Origin: Microbacterium phage Mercedes
DNA length: 32,000 nucleotides
Reading direction: 5' to 3' (one strand)
Sequence record: MT498063.1
Below the pieces are notes generated by a model. The model had not been told where the DNA came from. It did not search any database and was given only the letters and a program-made list of their open reading frames with translations. Of this stretch, positions 18,137-26,252 are shown one piece after another. The position numbers and the translations under genes are program-made. Numbering within the stretch: position 1 is the first letter of the stretch; the number at the start of each line of letters is the position of its first letter.

Positions 18137-18189
18137 TGGAACAGGGAGGAATCGAACCTCCGGTAGCCCTGCGCTGAGCTACCTACCCC
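18137..18189 (-). ncRNA. tRNA-like element (53 nt) with acceptor, D-like and T arms but no anticodon arm
   Basis: GGGGTAG pairs with CTGTTCC over 7 positions (3 wobbles), D-like arm GTAGC-TCAGCGCAGG-GCTAC with an A-box-like TAGCTCAG, canonical T arm GGAGG-TTCGATT-CCTCC, then A-CG. Confidence 0.5.
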
Positions 18190-18255
18190 GTCGAGGACCT
18201 CAGTCCTGATAACCGTGTTGATTCACGAGTGGCGACGGCTGTTCCAGAGGGAAGA

Positions 18256-18286
18256 CCCGCCAGCACCGGGGGGAGGTACTGGCGGG
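18256..18286 (-). terminator. hairpin downstream of the H1-like gene
   Basis: CCCGCCAG (18256-18263) / CTGGCGGG (18279-18286) perfect 8-bp stem, extendable past one mismatch. Confidence 0.4.
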
Positions 18287-18296
18287 CCGTCTGGGG

Positions 18297-18698
18297 TCAG
18301 CGCGTGGGGCGCTTGCGAGCCGCGGGCTTGGCCGCGGTCTTGGCCGGAGCCTTGCGGGCGGCGGGCTTCGCGGCCGTGGCCTTGGCCTTGGGGGCGGGCT
18401 TCTCCGCGGCGATGGAGCGCTCGAGGCCGAAGCCGGACGGCAGGTCGCCGGCCCGCTCGACGACGTCGGCGATGAGCTGGTCGAGCTCGCCGGCCTCGTG
18501 CGCCAGCTGGATGGCGATGAAGCCGAACGCGCGCTGCACCTTGTAGCGGTCCTTCGCCTCGACACCGAGCTGCTCGGCGGCGTCGTCGATGGCGGCGTTG
18601 GCGGTCTGCTTGAAGGTGGGCTCGGCGGCGGTGGCCTCCTCGACCTCGACCTCCTCGACCGGAGCGGCGGACTTGGTGGACTTGCGTGCGGTGGCCAT
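18297..18698 (-). CDS. histone H1-like / nucleoid-associated-like protein
   Basis: ATG at 18698 with AAGGAGA upstream; 133 aa with a helical core and AEKPAPKAKATAAKPAARKAPAKTAAKPAARKRPTR tail. Confidence 0.6.
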   Translation of the reverse strand: MATARKSTKSAAPVEEVEVEEATAAEPTFKQTANAAIDDAAEQLGVEAKDRYKVQRAFGFIAIQLAHEAGELDQLIADVVERAGDLPSGFGLERSIAAEKPAPKAKATAAKPAARKAPAKTAAKPAARKRPTR

Positions 18699-18762
18699 GA
18701 TGTCTCCTTGACTTGGGGGCCGGATGGTGGTTTGTGGGACCTTGCGGTGCCTTGTGAAATTC

Positions 18763-18791
18763 AGTATGGCACGTCCTGGGGCGATGCGCAA
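18763..18791 (-). promoter_or_regulatory. sigma70-like promoter TTGCGC-N17-CATACT
   Basis: Complement of GCGCAA (18786-18791) and AGTATG (18763-18768), 17-bp spacer, upstream of the H1-like gene. Confidence 0.6.
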
Positions 18792-18810
18792 GCCCAGATG
18801 GAAATCTTTT

Positions 18811-20232
18811 TTACTGAATTTTTCGGATGCGGCGAACGACCTTGGTCAGGTGATTGTGGTCCTCCTGCAACGTAGTCCAGACATCCTCGTCGACACTGCC
18901 CCGGCCACACAGGAACCATACGGTCGGCTCCTTGGGCGACAGCTTGATCCGGTCGCTGGTCTGCTTGAAGGTGACGTAGTTGAAGTCGCTGGTATACCAG
19001 ACCAGGTCGTTCGCTACACTGATGTCGACTGCCATTGCCACGGTGCGCGGCTGCACGAGCAGCACCTTGAGGTCGGGGTCGCGCTGGAAGGCCTCGATGA
19101 CGTGGTTCTTGTTCTTGGTTGCGCCCGTGATGATGGTGTGGCCCAGCCGCTTGATGCGGAGGTACCTGCGCACCAGCTTGATCTCGTGCAAGTGTGTACA
19201 AGCGATGATGACCTTGCCGTCGCACTTGCGCAGCACCCGGCCTAGAGCAGAAAGCCGCGCACGGGCAGCCACGGGCACTGAGAAGCTTTCGCCTTCATCA
19301 TCCTTGAGCCAGCCTGCTACCATCGTTCGCATGCGTAGAAGACGCGTCAGCGGGTTGAGGCCGATGACTTCCCGAGCGTCGTCGACATGCTCCTTGAAGC
19401 TGTAGAACTCACCGTTCTTGTACTTCACGACACCCTTAGTGAGCATCAGCTTGCTTGCGATAGCTACGTTGGGCGGCACCCTATAATCGTACTTGACGAT
19501 GGGTACCGGCTTGCCTGGCCCGACCATCGTGATGACATCGTCTTGAATGTAGGCGTTGAGCTCTGCCTGATGCCGTGGGCGCACCAGCTCCGGCCAGCCC
19601 TTGACGGTGCTCCATTCCCCGAAGTACTCACGGAAGTCACGAGCCGTAGGCCACTTGTCGCGGATGGCAGGGTTCAGGAATGTCCACTGCCCGTAGATGG
19701 CGTCGATCTGATTCGGGTTGGTGACCGGGGTACCTGTGATGAGCAGCCGGTAGCCTTGCCAGTCGTGTGCCAGCGGCCTGATGTTCATGCCGGCGACGCT
19801 GCTAGGCGTCTTTATCTGGTGCGACTCGTCTAGGAGCATCATACCCTTGTGATCGCACCGTTCGGCTAGGTCTTTGAGGAAGGGACGCAGGCGCTTCCAG
19901 GGAGCCTTGCCGAACTGATCGTAGTTGACGAACAAGATATGTGTCAATCGGAAGACACCCTTGCCACTGAGGTCAGGGTACTCGTTACCTGCGGTCAGTG
20001 GGTGGAACCTGTAGGGCATGTTCAACCACTTGGCAGCTTCAGTTCGCCAGACAGCCTCGGCGATCTTGGGGCCGACGACAACCGCTGCGCGCGGTGCCTT
20101 ATGCTCGATCAACTTGAGGGATACTGCTGTCTTACCTGAACGCGGCTCTGCCCAGAGGGCTGCGAAGGTGCGACCGGGTTCTACCAGCCGCTCCAACGCA
20201 ACCCTCTGGGAGTCGCGGAGCTCGAACGTCAC
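18811..20232 (-). CDS. SNF2-family / DEAD-DEAH box helicase-like ATPase
   Basis: 473 aa; LWAEPRSGKTAVSLKLI, MMLLDESHQIKT, LLITGTPVTN, KVIIACTHLHEIKLVRRYL, HTIITGATKNKNHVIEAF, KQTSDRIKLSPKE. Confidence 0.9.
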   Translation of the reverse strand: MTFELRDSQRVALERLVEPGRTFAALWAEPRSGKTAVSLKLIEHKAPRAAVVVGPKIAEAVWRTEAAKWLNMPYRFHPLTAGNEYPDLSGKGVFRLTHILFVNYDQFGKAPWKRLRPFLKDLAERCDHKGMMLLDESHQIKTPSSVAGMNIRPLAHDWQGYRLLITGTPVTNPNQIDAIYGQWTFLNPAIRDKWPTARDFREYFGEWSTVKGWPELVRPRHQAELNAYIQDDVITMVGPGKPVPIVKYDYRVPPNVAIASKLMLTKGVVKYKNGEFYSFKEHVDDAREVIGLNPLTRLLRMRTMVAGWLKDDEGESFSVPVAARARLSALGRVLRKCDGKVIIACTHLHEIKLVRRYLRIKRLGHTIITGATKNKNHVIEAFQRDPDLKVLLVQPRTVAMAVDISVANDLVWYTSDFNYVTFKQTSDRIKLSPKEPTVWFLCGRGSVDEDVWTTLQEDHNHLTKVVRRIRKIQ

Positions 20233-21515
20233 GACACCTGGCGGCGACGCAGGCCCAGGACCACCAGGCCAGCACCAGCCGCGACTGCCAGCGCACCACC
20301 GGTCAGCCCCCAGGCGGTAGCCAGCGGGTCGGCACCCGTCTGTGCGAGCTGCTGAGAGCCCGTCTCAGGGGCCGTAGCCACCCGCGCGGCCTGCTGCACT
20401 GTGGCGGGCTGGGCCACCGGCTGCTCGGGCGCCGAAGGCTGCTCGGGTGTGGCCGGCTCTTCGGGCTCGGTGGGGGTGGTGGGCTCTTCGGGCTCCTCCG
20501 GCGGGGCCACATAGCACGGGGCCTCGGCGTCACCACTCTGGTAGCCCGTAGCGTGACCCACGACCAGGACCTGCGTCGTTTGACCCGTCACCTTGGTTCC
20601 GTACGGGAAGGCCGGGTCGAACCCTGCCCCGATCTTCTGGAGGGTGGCGGTGTAGGTGCCCGCGCCCTCGAATGCCCGGTCGAGATAGACGCGGAAGCCC
20701 TGGCCAGGGAACTCGTACCCGTTCGGGTTCTGCGCTGCGGGGTTGTTGAGGAACGGCAGGCTGCCATCCGCATCACACGTCGGCGGGGTGACCGTCAGCG
20801 TGGGGAGCTCGACCGTGACAGGCGGGCAGGCCGTGGTCTTGCCCTTGAGCGTCTTGTCGTAAGTGGTGCCGATGGCATCGATGACGACCGAGTACTGGTG
20901 GCCCTTGGCCCCGTCGATCGAGACGCTGCCGGTGTAGCTGGTGCCGAAACGCTCGGACTTGACCAGCGTGCCGTCGACGTAGAACTCGATGGAGTTGTCC
21001 TGAGCCGGAACGGCGGGCTTGACTTCGTACTGCTCGGTGACCTCGGGTTGCGCCAGCACCTCGGGGCTGATCAGCGGGGCATCGCCGTAGACGGCCTCCT
21101 GGGCGGGGACCTCCGGCGTGGCGCCGACGACCTGCGTGTTGCCGGTGGCGTACCACCCCAGGCCGGGGTTCCACGTCTTGGAGTCGAGCCACTTGGTCTT
21201 TCCCGTGATGAGCTGACGGTACTCGTACTGGGTGGTGCCGGGGTTGGCCGGAACGTACTCGACGGCGGGGGTGATGAGCGGACGCTCACCGTAGACCGCG
21301 GGCTGATACGGGACGGCGGGCGTCACGACGCGGGTACCGGTCTGGGCGGGCTGCGCTTCGACGTACTCGTAGTTCGTGAGTGTGGCCGACACCGAGGAAC
21401 ACGTCGCCGTGACTTCCGGGGTGTGGGCGCTGGCCGGGAGTGCCGTGGCGAGTGCCAGGCCACCGCCGACCACGAGCGCCGTGGTGGCGCTTGCGATGAG
21501 CTTGCGAACGTTCAT
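20229..21515 (-). CDS. secreted, sortase-anchored (LAXTG) surface protein with signal peptide and repeats
   Basis: ATG at 21515 with AAGGAGG upstream (the track start at 21707 is too long); signal peptide MNVRKLIASATTALVVGGGLALATALPASAHT; C-terminal LAQTG-TM-RRRQVS; Pro/Glu-rich wall-spanning stretch. Confidence 0.85.
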   Translation of the reverse strand: MNVRKLIASATTALVVGGGLALATALPASAHTPEVTATCSSVSATLTNYEYVEAQPAQTGTRVVTPAVPYQPAVYGERPLITPAVEYVPANPGTTQYEYRQLITGKTKWLDSKTWNPGLGWYATGNTQVVGATPEVPAQEAVYGDAPLISPEVLAQPEVTEQYEVKPAVPAQDNSIEFYVDGTLVKSERFGTSYTGSVSIDGAKGHQYSVVIDAIGTTYDKTLKGKTTACPPVTVELPTLTVTPPTCDADGSLPFLNNPAAQNPNGYEFPGQGFRVYLDRAFEGAGTYTATLQKIGAGFDPAFPYGTKVTGQTTQVLVVGHATGYQSGDAEAPCYVAPPEEPEEPTTPTEPEEPATPEQPSAPEQPVAQPATVQQAARVATAPETGSQQLAQTGADPLATAWGLTGGALAVAAGAGLVVLGLRRRQVS

Positions 21516-21594
21516 GATGGGATGTCCTCCTTGGACTGTGGGGTTGAACGTGTTCATTGTTGCACGCCTGCGCACTGAGGCGCAAGTGATATTT

Positions 21595-22458
21595 TCAGTG
21601 GTCCTCGAACCCACCGAAATCGACCTGCTCGGAATCATCTTTCCAGCCCTGCGCCAGCAGCACGCGGCGGAGGTCGGGCTTGAAGTAGTTCGGCCCCTTC
21701 TTGACACGGCCCTCGAAGATGCCGTCGGGGTCGTTCGGGCCGGCGATGATCGGCTTGCCGTCTGCTCCGAGCTTGCTCATGTTGCTCGCCTGGACTTCGT
21801 CGTAGCCCGGTTCCGCGTCCATGCCTGCACGGTTCATGCCACCGTAGGTGACGTAAAGGATGTCGATGAACGCGTCGTAGATCTCCTGCACGTTCGGCTC
21901 GGCCACACGTTCAATTGTGTCGAACTTGCCCTCCGATGTGAAGGTCACCTTGAAGCCGAGCGCCGGGATCAGCTCGTCGATGAACTCCTCACGGATGAGC
22001 TCGATCACCACGGGCACGTCCTCGGCCGGGATGGCTCGCGGCTTGATGGCCGTCTCGATGCCGAAGGCGTTGTGGAAGGCCGCGTTCTGCGCCTGCGCCT
22101 TGTGCCCCTTGAAGTGCTGACGGATGCCGTCCAGCAGCTCCTCGCCGATCTGTCGGGCACGGGTGCTCTCGAAGGTTCCTGCGCCTGCCAGGTTGTCCCA
22201 GCACGCGCTGACAGCACCCAGCGCCTCGAACACCATCTTGCTCAGCTCGCCGACGTACTCATCCGGCTCGAAGAACTTGGTCAGTGCCTTCATGTCGGCG
22301 TCGGCCACCTGGGCGCGATGGTAGCCTTCTGCGTACAGCTGGATGAGCTCCCACTGGTGCTGCGTGAAGCGCTGGTCGCCGAGCTCGACGTGGTACCCCT
22401 CCTCGAAGGCATTGGTCGGCAGCTTGATCTCGGGCTGGGGGTAATCCTGCTCGGTCAT
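21595..22458 (-). CDS. MazG-like / phosphoribosyl-ATP pyrophosphohydrolase-like nucleotide pyrophosphohydrolase
   Basis: 287 aa; REEFIDELIPAL ... YDAFIDILYVTYGG ... YDEVQASNMSKLGADGKPI ... GRVKKGPNYFKPDL. Confidence 0.75.
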   Translation of the reverse strand: MTEQDYPQPEIKLPTNAFEEGYHVELGDQRFTQHQWELIQLYAEGYHRAQVADADMKALTKFFEPDEYVGELSKMVFEALGAVSACWDNLAGAGTFESTRARQIGEELLDGIRQHFKGHKAQAQNAAFHNAFGIETAIKPRAIPAEDVPVVIELIREEFIDELIPALGFKVTFTSEGKFDTIERVAEPNVQEIYDAFIDILYVTYGGMNRAGMDAEPGYDEVQASNMSKLGADGKPIIAGPNDPDGIFEGRVKKGPNYFKPDLRRVLLAQGWKDDSEQVDFGGFEDH

Positions 22459-23174
22459 TGGGGGTTTCCTTTCCGTTCGCGGCGAACGAGCCGCTGTTCT
22501 TTCTCGAAGTTGGCGGTGATGCGATCGACTTCATCCCAGTCCACCAGCCTGGGGTCATTGGGGGCTTCACAGCTGAACGGGCTTATGACCACGTTCAGCG
22601 CCTCGGCGAAGCCCGTTGCTTCCGACAGGATGAGCTTCTTCTGCTGCGGGTCATCCTCGCCTTCGGCCAGCTCCGCGAGCTCGTTGTAGGCGTTGTAGAG
22701 CTTGCGGGTGATCTGTGCGCCCACCACGTCGCCGGCCTTGAGCACGGAGTTGAACCGCACCCGCTTGTCCGGGACGTGCTGGAACGCGCTGGTGGTGATG
22801 TACCGGGCGATAGCATCACTGGTCTCGTGACCAGCATCGAGCGCCTTCTCGATGGCGTCAGCGATGATGTCGATGGTAGTGGCGTGCCCGCTGCGCATGC
22901 CCTCCCGGTCGTCAATGACAGCGAACAGGATGCCCTGGCCCGTGAACGTGCGCGGGTCCGGGGTGCTGTGCGCCCTGGTCTTCTTGGCCATGACCTTAGT
23001 CCTTCCGTGCTTCTGGACCCCTCGCCCTTGATCCCAGTAGCGGTCCAGCTCCTGGAGGGCTTCGTGACGTGTGGCCTTACGCTTGGAGCGTGCGACCAGA
23101 ACCCCGATGGTGTGCAAGTGCCCCAGGTGGGGATCGGCCTGCACCGGGGGCTCAGTCGATCTTGTGGTTTTCAT
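22455..23174 (-). CDS. hypothetical protein (start uncertain: 23174, 23144 or 22991)
   Basis: 239 aa frame; MAKKTRAHSTP at 22991 has GGAAGGAC upstream, but the upstream codons also look coding and the alternative would leave an unusual gap. Confidence 0.6.
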   Translation of the reverse strand: MKTTRSTEPPVQADPHLGHLHTIGVLVARSKRKATRHEALQELDRYWDQGRGVQKHGRTKVMAKKTRAHSTPDPRTFTGQGILFAVIDDREGMRSGHATTIDIIADAIEKALDAGHETSDAIARYITTSAFQHVPDKRVRFNSVLKAGDVVGAQITRKLYNAYNELAELAEGEDDPQQKKLILSEATGFAEALNVVISPFSCEAPNDPRLVDWDEVDRITANFEKEQRLVRRERKGNPQ

Positions 23175-23766
23175 CGCTCAGGAACGCCAGGAGGCTCTCG
23201 TCGCTGTCCACCAGCCTGTGCAGCAGCATGTCGCGGGTGAAGCCGGTGACCGGGCTATCGAAGGCGACCAGCTTCTGGCTGAAGCTGCCATCACGCGGGT
23301 CGTTCTGCACCTCCACGATGCTCATCGTGCGGAACAAGCTGTAGTCCTTCATGCGGTTCAACCCCATCAGGAAGTCGAACTGATAGAAGTACATCTCGTT
23401 CGCCGCGCCCAGCTTGCCCTTCTCGATGCCGTCGTCGATGTCCTCGATGAGGTCGACCATCACCGGGTGGTGCATCTTGAGGACGAAGTGGGTGTCCGGC
23501 ATGGCGAACACCGTGCGGCTCCGGTCGTCGTTCCAGTCCCGGTGCGGGTACGCCAGGCGGTACACCATGTGAGTGAACCAGTCGATGCGGTCGTAGGTGT
23601 GCGGCATCGGATCGCGGGTGGCGTCACCGCGGTGCCCCTGCCAGTCGGCCACGTTGGCCTCATGCATCTTCTTGGTGGCGTTGTAGTCCGGCTGGCCTGC
23701 GCAGTCGAGAGCGAGAGCACTGGTGCTCTTGCCGACGTTGTCTGGGCCTTCAAATGCGATGAACAT
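23152..23766 (-). CDS. P-loop nucleotide kinase (thymidylate kinase-like)
   Basis: 204 aa; MFIAFEGPDNVGKSTSALALD Walker A typical of TMK/dNMP kinases; SD AAGGAAG upstream. Confidence 0.75.
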   Translation of the reverse strand: MFIAFEGPDNVGKSTSALALDCAGQPDYNATKKMHEANVADWQGHRGDATRDPMPHTYDRIDWFTHMVYRLAYPHRDWNDDRSRTVFAMPDTHFVLKMHHPVMVDLIEDIDDGIEKGKLGAANEMYFYQFDFLMGLNRMKDYSLFRTMSIVEVQNDPRDGSFSQKLVAFDSPVTGFTRDMLLHRLVDSDESLLAFLSDENHKID

Positions 23767-23775
23767 GGTGCTTCC

Positions 23776-24711
23776 TTAGTTGATGAGTTCCGACATCGGG
23801 ATGATGTACGGGGCGAACTTGGTGTCCTTATACCACTGGGGCCAGTGTACACCGATCTTCATGATTCCACCATTCTTGTTCCGCATGGTGGGGCGGAGGT
23901 ACTCAGCGACCTTCGGGTAGATCTCGAAGACGGCATCCAGGTCATCCTGGCGGCCACGGTCATCCAGCGGGTCCAGCGGGATGGTCGACTCGATGCCGTT
24001 CTTGGTGTCGTAGGCCACACTGGGAATCACGAATGCCTGGCTGCCCTCAGACAGCGTGTGCAGGAACATGCTCAAGTCTTCACCGTGCAGCCTGTAGGGC
24101 TCCGGGCAGTCGCGCCAAGTGAAGCGCTTGAGGTCGAAGAAGAGCACGCAAGCCGGGAACCCACCCTTGTCAGCGAAGGCGCCGATGTCGGTGTCCACGT
24201 CACCACTGAAGAGCCCCTGCCGCCCGCTGCCATAGGCGGCTGCTGGGGCCACCGCGAACACCTGGTCGGCCAGGTAGCAGGCGACGGCCAGGGAGCGCGG
24301 CAGATGGGCTTCGGTGGGCTGGCCCGCCAGCTTCTCGCTCCAGCGCCTGGTGTGGCTGCGCCCGTCATCCTTGATGGTCTTCTCCATCAGGCTGAGGTGG
24401 ACCACATCGTCATCCATCATAACGATGCGCTCGTACCCTCTGATCTCCGCATCTTGTAGGGCACGGGCACGGGCAGGGCCGACCCCGTACGGGCCGCGGT
24501 GGCTGACGATGTACGCCCACGGGTACGCCTCATGGTACGCTGCCTTTTCACCTGCCCTCACTACGATGTGAACGCGCTTGCGCACGCTGGCCGGTGCCTT
24601 GGTCAGGATGTCCAGCAACGGCGCTGAGCCGGCGCGGGAGTAGCTGGGCACGTAGATGGGGTAGATCCATGAAACCTTGCAGCGGCTCAACAGCTCGAGA
24701 TGTTCGTTCAT
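23776..24711 (-). CDS. GT-A-like glycosyltransferase (TAGT-like), paralog 1
   Basis: 311 aa; YPIYVPSYSRAG, VGPARARALQDAEIRGYERIVMMDDDV, GGFPACVLFFDLKRFTWRD, RLHGEDLSMFLHTLSEG. Confidence 0.7.
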   Translation of the reverse strand: MNEHLELLSRCKVSWIYPIYVPSYSRAGSAPLLDILTKAPASVRKRVHIVVRAGEKAAYHEAYPWAYIVSHRGPYGVGPARARALQDAEIRGYERIVMMDDDVVHLSLMEKTIKDDGRSHTRRWSEKLAGQPTEAHLPRSLAVACYLADQVFAVAPAAAYGSGRQGLFSGDVDTDIGAFADKGGFPACVLFFDLKRFTWRDCPEPYRLHGEDLSMFLHTLSEGSQAFVIPSVAYDTKNGIESTIPLDPLDDRGRQDDLDAVFEIYPKVAEYLRPTMRNKNGGIMKIGVHWPQWYKDTKFAPYIIPMSELIN

Positions 24712-25679
24712 TATGCTCCCTCAATGAAGGATACCACATCACCGGTCATGACGTGTGTTGGACCAGTGCCGCGATTCGCGTGCCACCTGCGCCAGTCGAC
24801 ACCGATGCGCTTGATGGCTCCGGTCTCTTTGTTGGCGTTGGTGACTTTCAGGTACGGGCCGAGCACCTGATACATCTCGTCAGCATCCTGAAGGTTCTTG
24901 GTGCGGTCGATCTCGCCATCACCGCTGAACGGGATGGTGGTGGCCAGCTTGCGGTCATCGTCGAAGACCAGCGTGTCGAAGAGGAACGCGCTCTTGCCCT
25001 GCTCGTAGGCGTCGAGGAACATGGCCAGGTCTTCGCCCTCGTACCGGAACTCATTGGGCATGTGACGCATCGTGAAGCGGTCCAAGTCGATGAACAGGAC
25101 GCACAGCGGGAAGCCCCTGGCCTCGATGACTGCAGTCACCGACACATCGACGTAGGACGACATGAACCCGCTTCGGGTGCTGCCATACGCTACGTCCTCA
25201 GCGTGGTAGAAGACGGCGTCAGCCATCTTGCAGCCGAAGGCCAGCGACTTGAGCGTGGCTTCCAGCCTGCTGGCGAAGTTGATGAAGCTGTGCCGACCCG
25301 ACTTGGGGGTGCCGTCGGGGGTGGTGCCCCGGTCCTCCAACATGGCCACACGAGTGATGTCGTCATCGAGCATCACGATGCGCTTGAACCCGCGCTGGTC
25401 AGCGTCCTGAAGGCAGACCATGCGGCCAGGGCCGATGCCCCAGGGTACGCGCTGCTCCACGATGGTGGCCCACGGGTAGGCGTTGCGGTACGCCTTGCTC
25501 TCGGAGGCGCGGCACACGATGAAGACCTTACGCTGCACATACTTCGGCGCATCGGACAGAAGGTTCAGCAGCGGCGACAGCCCTGCCCGCTTGTGAGTCG
25601 GCACGTAGATGGGGTAGAGCCATTCTTCGGTTCGCTGGCTATCCATCTCGTGGAGGAGCTCGATCATCTTGTCAGTCAT
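24711..25679 (-). CDS. GT-A-like glycosyltransferase (TAGT-like), paralog 2
   Basis: ATG at 25679 (TTG at 25703 possible); YPIYVPTHKRAG, IGPGRMVCLQDADQRGFKRIVMLDDDI, RGFPLCVLFIDLDRFTMRH, RYEGEDLAMFLDAYEQG. Confidence 0.7.
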   Translation of the reverse strand: MTDKMIELLHEMDSQRTEEWLYPIYVPTHKRAGLSPLLNLLSDAPKYVQRKVFIVCRASESKAYRNAYPWATIVEQRVPWGIGPGRMVCLQDADQRGFKRIVMLDDDITRVAMLEDRGTTPDGTPKSGRHSFINFASRLEATLKSLAFGCKMADAVFYHAEDVAYGSTRSGFMSSYVDVSVTAVIEARGFPLCVLFIDLDRFTMRHMPNEFRYEGEDLAMFLDAYEQGKSAFLFDTLVFDDDRKLATTIPFSGDGEIDRTKNLQDADEMYQVLGPYLKVTNANKETGAIKRIGVDWRRWHANRGTGPTHVMTGDVVSFIEGA

Positions 25680-25908
25680 GGCTACGCCACCCGTCCCATT
25701 CAAATTCGCCTGGCCGGTGCTCGACCTGGGAGTACATGCCCTCCCGAAGAGGAAGGCGTTGGATCCCCGATGTGGGGGTTTCAGTCATATCCCGGATGGC
25801 CCGCTGGATAGCATCGGCCGGCGACTCCAAGATATGGAAGTGATTGCGGTCATCGGGCACGTCGACCAACTGGTCGTGCATCGGCCCGCCGTTGAGGTGG
25901 ATGCGCAT
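25672..25908 (-). CDS. hypothetical protein MRIHLNGGPMHDQLVDVPDDRNHFHILESP...
   Basis: ATG at 25908 with AGGAG upstream; 78 aa; stop overlaps the next start; supersedes the over-long track ORF 25672..26469. Confidence 0.75.
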   Translation of the reverse strand: MRIHLNGGPMHDQLVDVPDDRNHFHILESPADAIQRAIRDMTETPTSGIQRLPLREGMYSQVEHRPGEFEWDGWRSHD

Positions 25909-25930
25909 GGCAGCTCCTAGAGTGTGGCCA

Positions 25931-25961
25931 GCCCCCGCCACGAGTGTTAGGTGACGGGGGC
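25931..25961. repeat. hairpin between two leftward genes
   Basis: GCCCCCGCCAC (25931-25941) / GTGACGGGGGC (25951-25961), 10 of 11 paired. Confidence 0.5.
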
Positions 25962-25967
25962 GGCAGC

Positions 25968-26252
25968 TCACTTCTGCTTCGTGGGGTGCAGGCGATCCCA
26001 GGCGTACTCGGCACCCTCGCGGAAGGCACCGACGAAGCCGTGATTCGCTTCCAGCCGATACCTGCTGATGGCTGCTGCTTCGGCGTTGTTGAGAAGCATC
26101 TTGCGGTCCGGCACCTTGGGCTTGAACCAAGAGCGGACGACACCCCAGAGGATGGCCAAGGCGGCGAAGGCCAGGATGAGGAACCCGACCACCACCAGCA
26201 CGGCACAGCCCCAGCCCAGAGCGGTCCAGACGAACTCCCAGATGTTGTTCAT
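25968..26252 (-). CDS. small membrane protein
   Basis: 94 aa; strong N-terminal hydrophobic segments WTALGWGCAVLVVVGFLILAFAALAILWGVV. Confidence 0.7.
   Translation of the reverse strand: MNNIWEFVWTALGWGCAVLVVVGFLILAFAALAILWGVVRSWFKPKVPDRKMLLNNAEAAAISRYRLEANHGFVGAFREGAEYAWDRLHPTKQK

Noticed and set aside
18137-18189. Functional full-length tRNA gene
   Set aside because: Only 53 nt and no anticodon stem-loop can be drawn, so no amino acid can be assigned; kept only as tRNA-like.
18137-18189. attP core derived from a host tRNA 3' end
   Set aside because: No integrase or recombinase gene in the window; cannot be supported, though it should be tested by BLAST against host tRNA genes.
23071-24459. 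Long + strand ORF (462 aa) and similar ones (21376..22689, 20553..21578, 24594..25811, 26345..27562, 16424..17467, 11278..12045)
   Set aside because: All are antisense shadows of well-supported minus strand genes with recognisable motifs; their Val/Leu/Gly/His/Arg-rich composition is typical of GC-rich antisense frames.
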